Shown piece after piece: positions 61,583 through 64,000 of a stretch of 64,000 bases of DNA. Source of the stretch: Lepidodermella squamata (taxonomy: Eukaryota; Animalia; Gastrotricha); the NCBI GenBank assembly GCA_047495785.1, contig JBLDXI010000033.1:930001-994000 (forward strand), read 5' to 3'. Both the position numbers and the translations under genes were made by a program. Within the stretch, counting starts at the first letter, position 1; each line of letters opens with the position of its first letter. Under the pieces are notes generated by a model. It saw only the letters and a list, made by a program, of their open reading frames with translations. It was not told the DNA's origin and made no database searches.

Positions 61583-63455
61583 TTAATATTCGGCATAGTA
61601 AGAAACAGTGCCATTTTCATCAAAGGGCCGCGGAATACCCGGCGGATCTTGAGACATGAGCCCAATCCACGCAATCAGTGGATAAATAATCGATATTAAC
61701 GTCGCTGCAAGAAAACCGAACCAGTTAATTAATGCCGCAATCAAGGTACTCCGCGTCAACTTTTGAAACTTGTCCGAACTAGATCGAATCGACGCGCTGC
61801 GTTGGAAGGAATTTCGCTTCAAATAGGACGGAGTTGCTAGCGAAGCTGAATAGTTCGTATCCGATGTGCTCCTAGACGAAGAAACTGGGCTGATTGCTGC
61901 CCCAACGCTCCTACTATTAGGAGGTGGTGATTCGCCGTAGTCTTGATCGATAAATTCTTCAGCCATTTCAGCCAGAACACACACGCCATGACTACTACTG
62001 CTTCGGACATTTGTTGGGAATTTCCGTTTTGATGCTTGGGGTTTTTTGATTTTGTATCGATGCCATAACAAGCCCCAAAGCGGCAGGCCTTCATCCGGGT
62101 CGACTAGTTCGATTGTAACAATGCAGATCGAGACAGTTACGACGGAGAGTCCGAGCATTAAATTCAGGTAGGTTTGAATCAGCGACTCGTCCGAGGATCT
62201 TGGCAGCTGCTCGGCCAGCTGGCCTTGGAAGAAAAAGGCTGTTAGCAGCACGACAGTACCCTGAGGCACTCGATCGATGAATTTGATCGGCATGAGATAG
62301 GTCAACACTTGGAGTATCGATAGAAGAGTTAACGGGACGAGGAAAGTTCGCTTGAAGTAGTCAGGTTTCCTCTGTAAAACGATGAAAAACTGCATTCGGC
62401 TGAACCCAGTCCGCTTTCCAGTTCGGTAAATTGCAGGAAATCCGTCGGCACCTGAAAAAAGTATTTTTTAATTTATTCAAATTATTTTTTAATTTATTAT
62501 TATTGTAATTAATTTAAATTTTTTGAATTTTCAAAATATTTTTTTGAATTTTTTACTAACCTATCAGCGTCCACATTGGATTCTCAGCGTACATTCCTAA
62601 TGCGACGGTATCGGATTTGTCCGGCCTTTCGACGATTTCAAGCTCCGTCCATTTGTAGGTAATTGATTCAATAACAATCGAGCATCGTCTGGAAAAAATT
62701 AGTAAAAAAATTTAATTTAATTCTATAAAAAAAATAAAATAAAAAAATGAACAAAAATGAAATAATAAATTATAAAAAAAATGAAAAAAATGGATTAATG
62801 AATCTTTATATACTGGAAATCGAAGGGGTAGAATTTGAGATCGAGGCGGCATCGTGTGGCGAATTTGCCACTCGGATGGTACCAAACTTGGCCGTCATTG
62901 GTGACTCGGAATCGAAAATCGTCGTTATGGATCAAGCTAATGATGTCATCAACGCTGTTGGCTACTTGCAAATCAGGCGCCCATATCAACTCGGGCGCTA
63001 TTATAACCTCCTTAATGCCGCCAAACCGCGCAGGATCCCACCTGAGCGACGGGTCGACCCAGCCCTAAATTCGAAAAATATTTGAAAAATCAGAAAAAAT
63101 TCCAAAAATTATTAACCAATTGAAGTCGGGCGGTTGTCACTAAAGTTTCGCTGTTTTCGATGATTTCCTGTACCCGAATGAGATAAAGCCGGCATAGTAC
63201 GATGAAAGGACAGGAATGCGAATCGTTCGACCCGTTTGGACAATCTTGCTCCGGGATAATCGTTTTGTTGTAGCCACTCTCAGGACCAATGAGAGCATCT
63301 AAAAGCTTCGACTCGTGGCGGCTTTTCGGCTTCCAGTGCTTGATAAAATTCGACCCCGGCCTTTCATCAACCAGGTCACGTGTTTCGTCCTGAGCCTCAA
63401 TCACGGCAAAGGCCGAAAAAACTAGGGCAAACGTGATGAGGTAATTTCTGTTCAT
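61583..63455 (-). CDS. Divergent Cys-loop channel subunit L9
   Basis: IWAPDLQVANS, Cys-loop CRLDLKFYPFDFQRC, M2 DRVPQGTVVLLTAFFFQ, tail NGTVSYYAEY. Confidence 0.92.
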
Positions 63456-64000
63456 ATCACATGAAATTCAGGTGAAAAATCGCGCCAATAACGGCGATCT
63501 AGAACAAGTTATATTACCAACTACAATAACAAAATCGCTTTATTGCTTCTTCAATGGCTATTATTGCGTTTGTTATTTATCGTTAATGATCAAGCACCAT
63601 GAAAAGCCGGTCAAGAAACTAACTACCTGTAAGCACTTTTCTCATTTCCGCTCCTCCTTTCACCTAATTTTCACCGCTTTTCATTACACCTTATATTATA
63701 GACCATAAGGCGCTATTTTTAGATCATGATTGCCCTTCTGGGCCGGGGAAGTTGACAATTTTTGCCGAAATATTTTGTCACCAAATGTATAAATGTATTG
63801 TGGACTGCGTACAATTGCGGAAAAATCACCCTTTTTCATTTGATTGATAGTAATAAAAATCAGGTAAAGAAGGTTTTCCATGTTTTTACCACAAGCCGGG
63901 TATAAACGCATTTATGCGAAATGCCGGCGGGCTTTCACGCGCCGTCGGTTAACAACATAATATCCGCGCCTTAGATGAGATTACTCGGGCTAGTTTGTTG

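Noticed and set aside
1-64000. Prokaryotic features (operons, CRISPR arrays), rRNA and tRNA genes
   Set aside because: The sequence is spliced eukaryotic DNA; no repeat-spacer array, rRNA or tRNA cloverleaf was recognised

Overview
Gene-dense eukaryotic (invertebrate animal-like) DNA with mostly 45-60 nt GT-AG introns, so most ORF-track entries are exon fragments; I spliced the genes by eye and cannot identify the organism. (1) Nine divergent globin-fold genes lie between 0.2 and 37 kb. Eight keep the ancestral B12.2 intron, none has a distal His, five begin Met-Gly, and five carry a His/Cys + CxxC cluster in the GH corner. (2) Nine divergent Cys-loop ion channel (pLGIC) subunit genes form two sub-families: a pair at 25-29 kb with a Cys-rich post-M4 tail, and a seven-gene array at 41-63 kb lacking the acetylcholine aromatic box and carrying an unusual M2. 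(3) Three tandem intronless ~115-aa genes at 58-61 kb resemble stand-alone HUH (rolling-circle Rep-type) endonuclease domains, within a mosaic of duplications next to a foldback element. Other features: a PAN-Ig-FN3 receptor tyrosine phosphatase, an EamA/SLC35G-like transporter, a RING-CH E3 ligase, an intronless GABA-B-like class C GPCR, two secreted orphan peptides and a 150-nt candidate structured RNA. All assignments rest on motif reading, not database searches.
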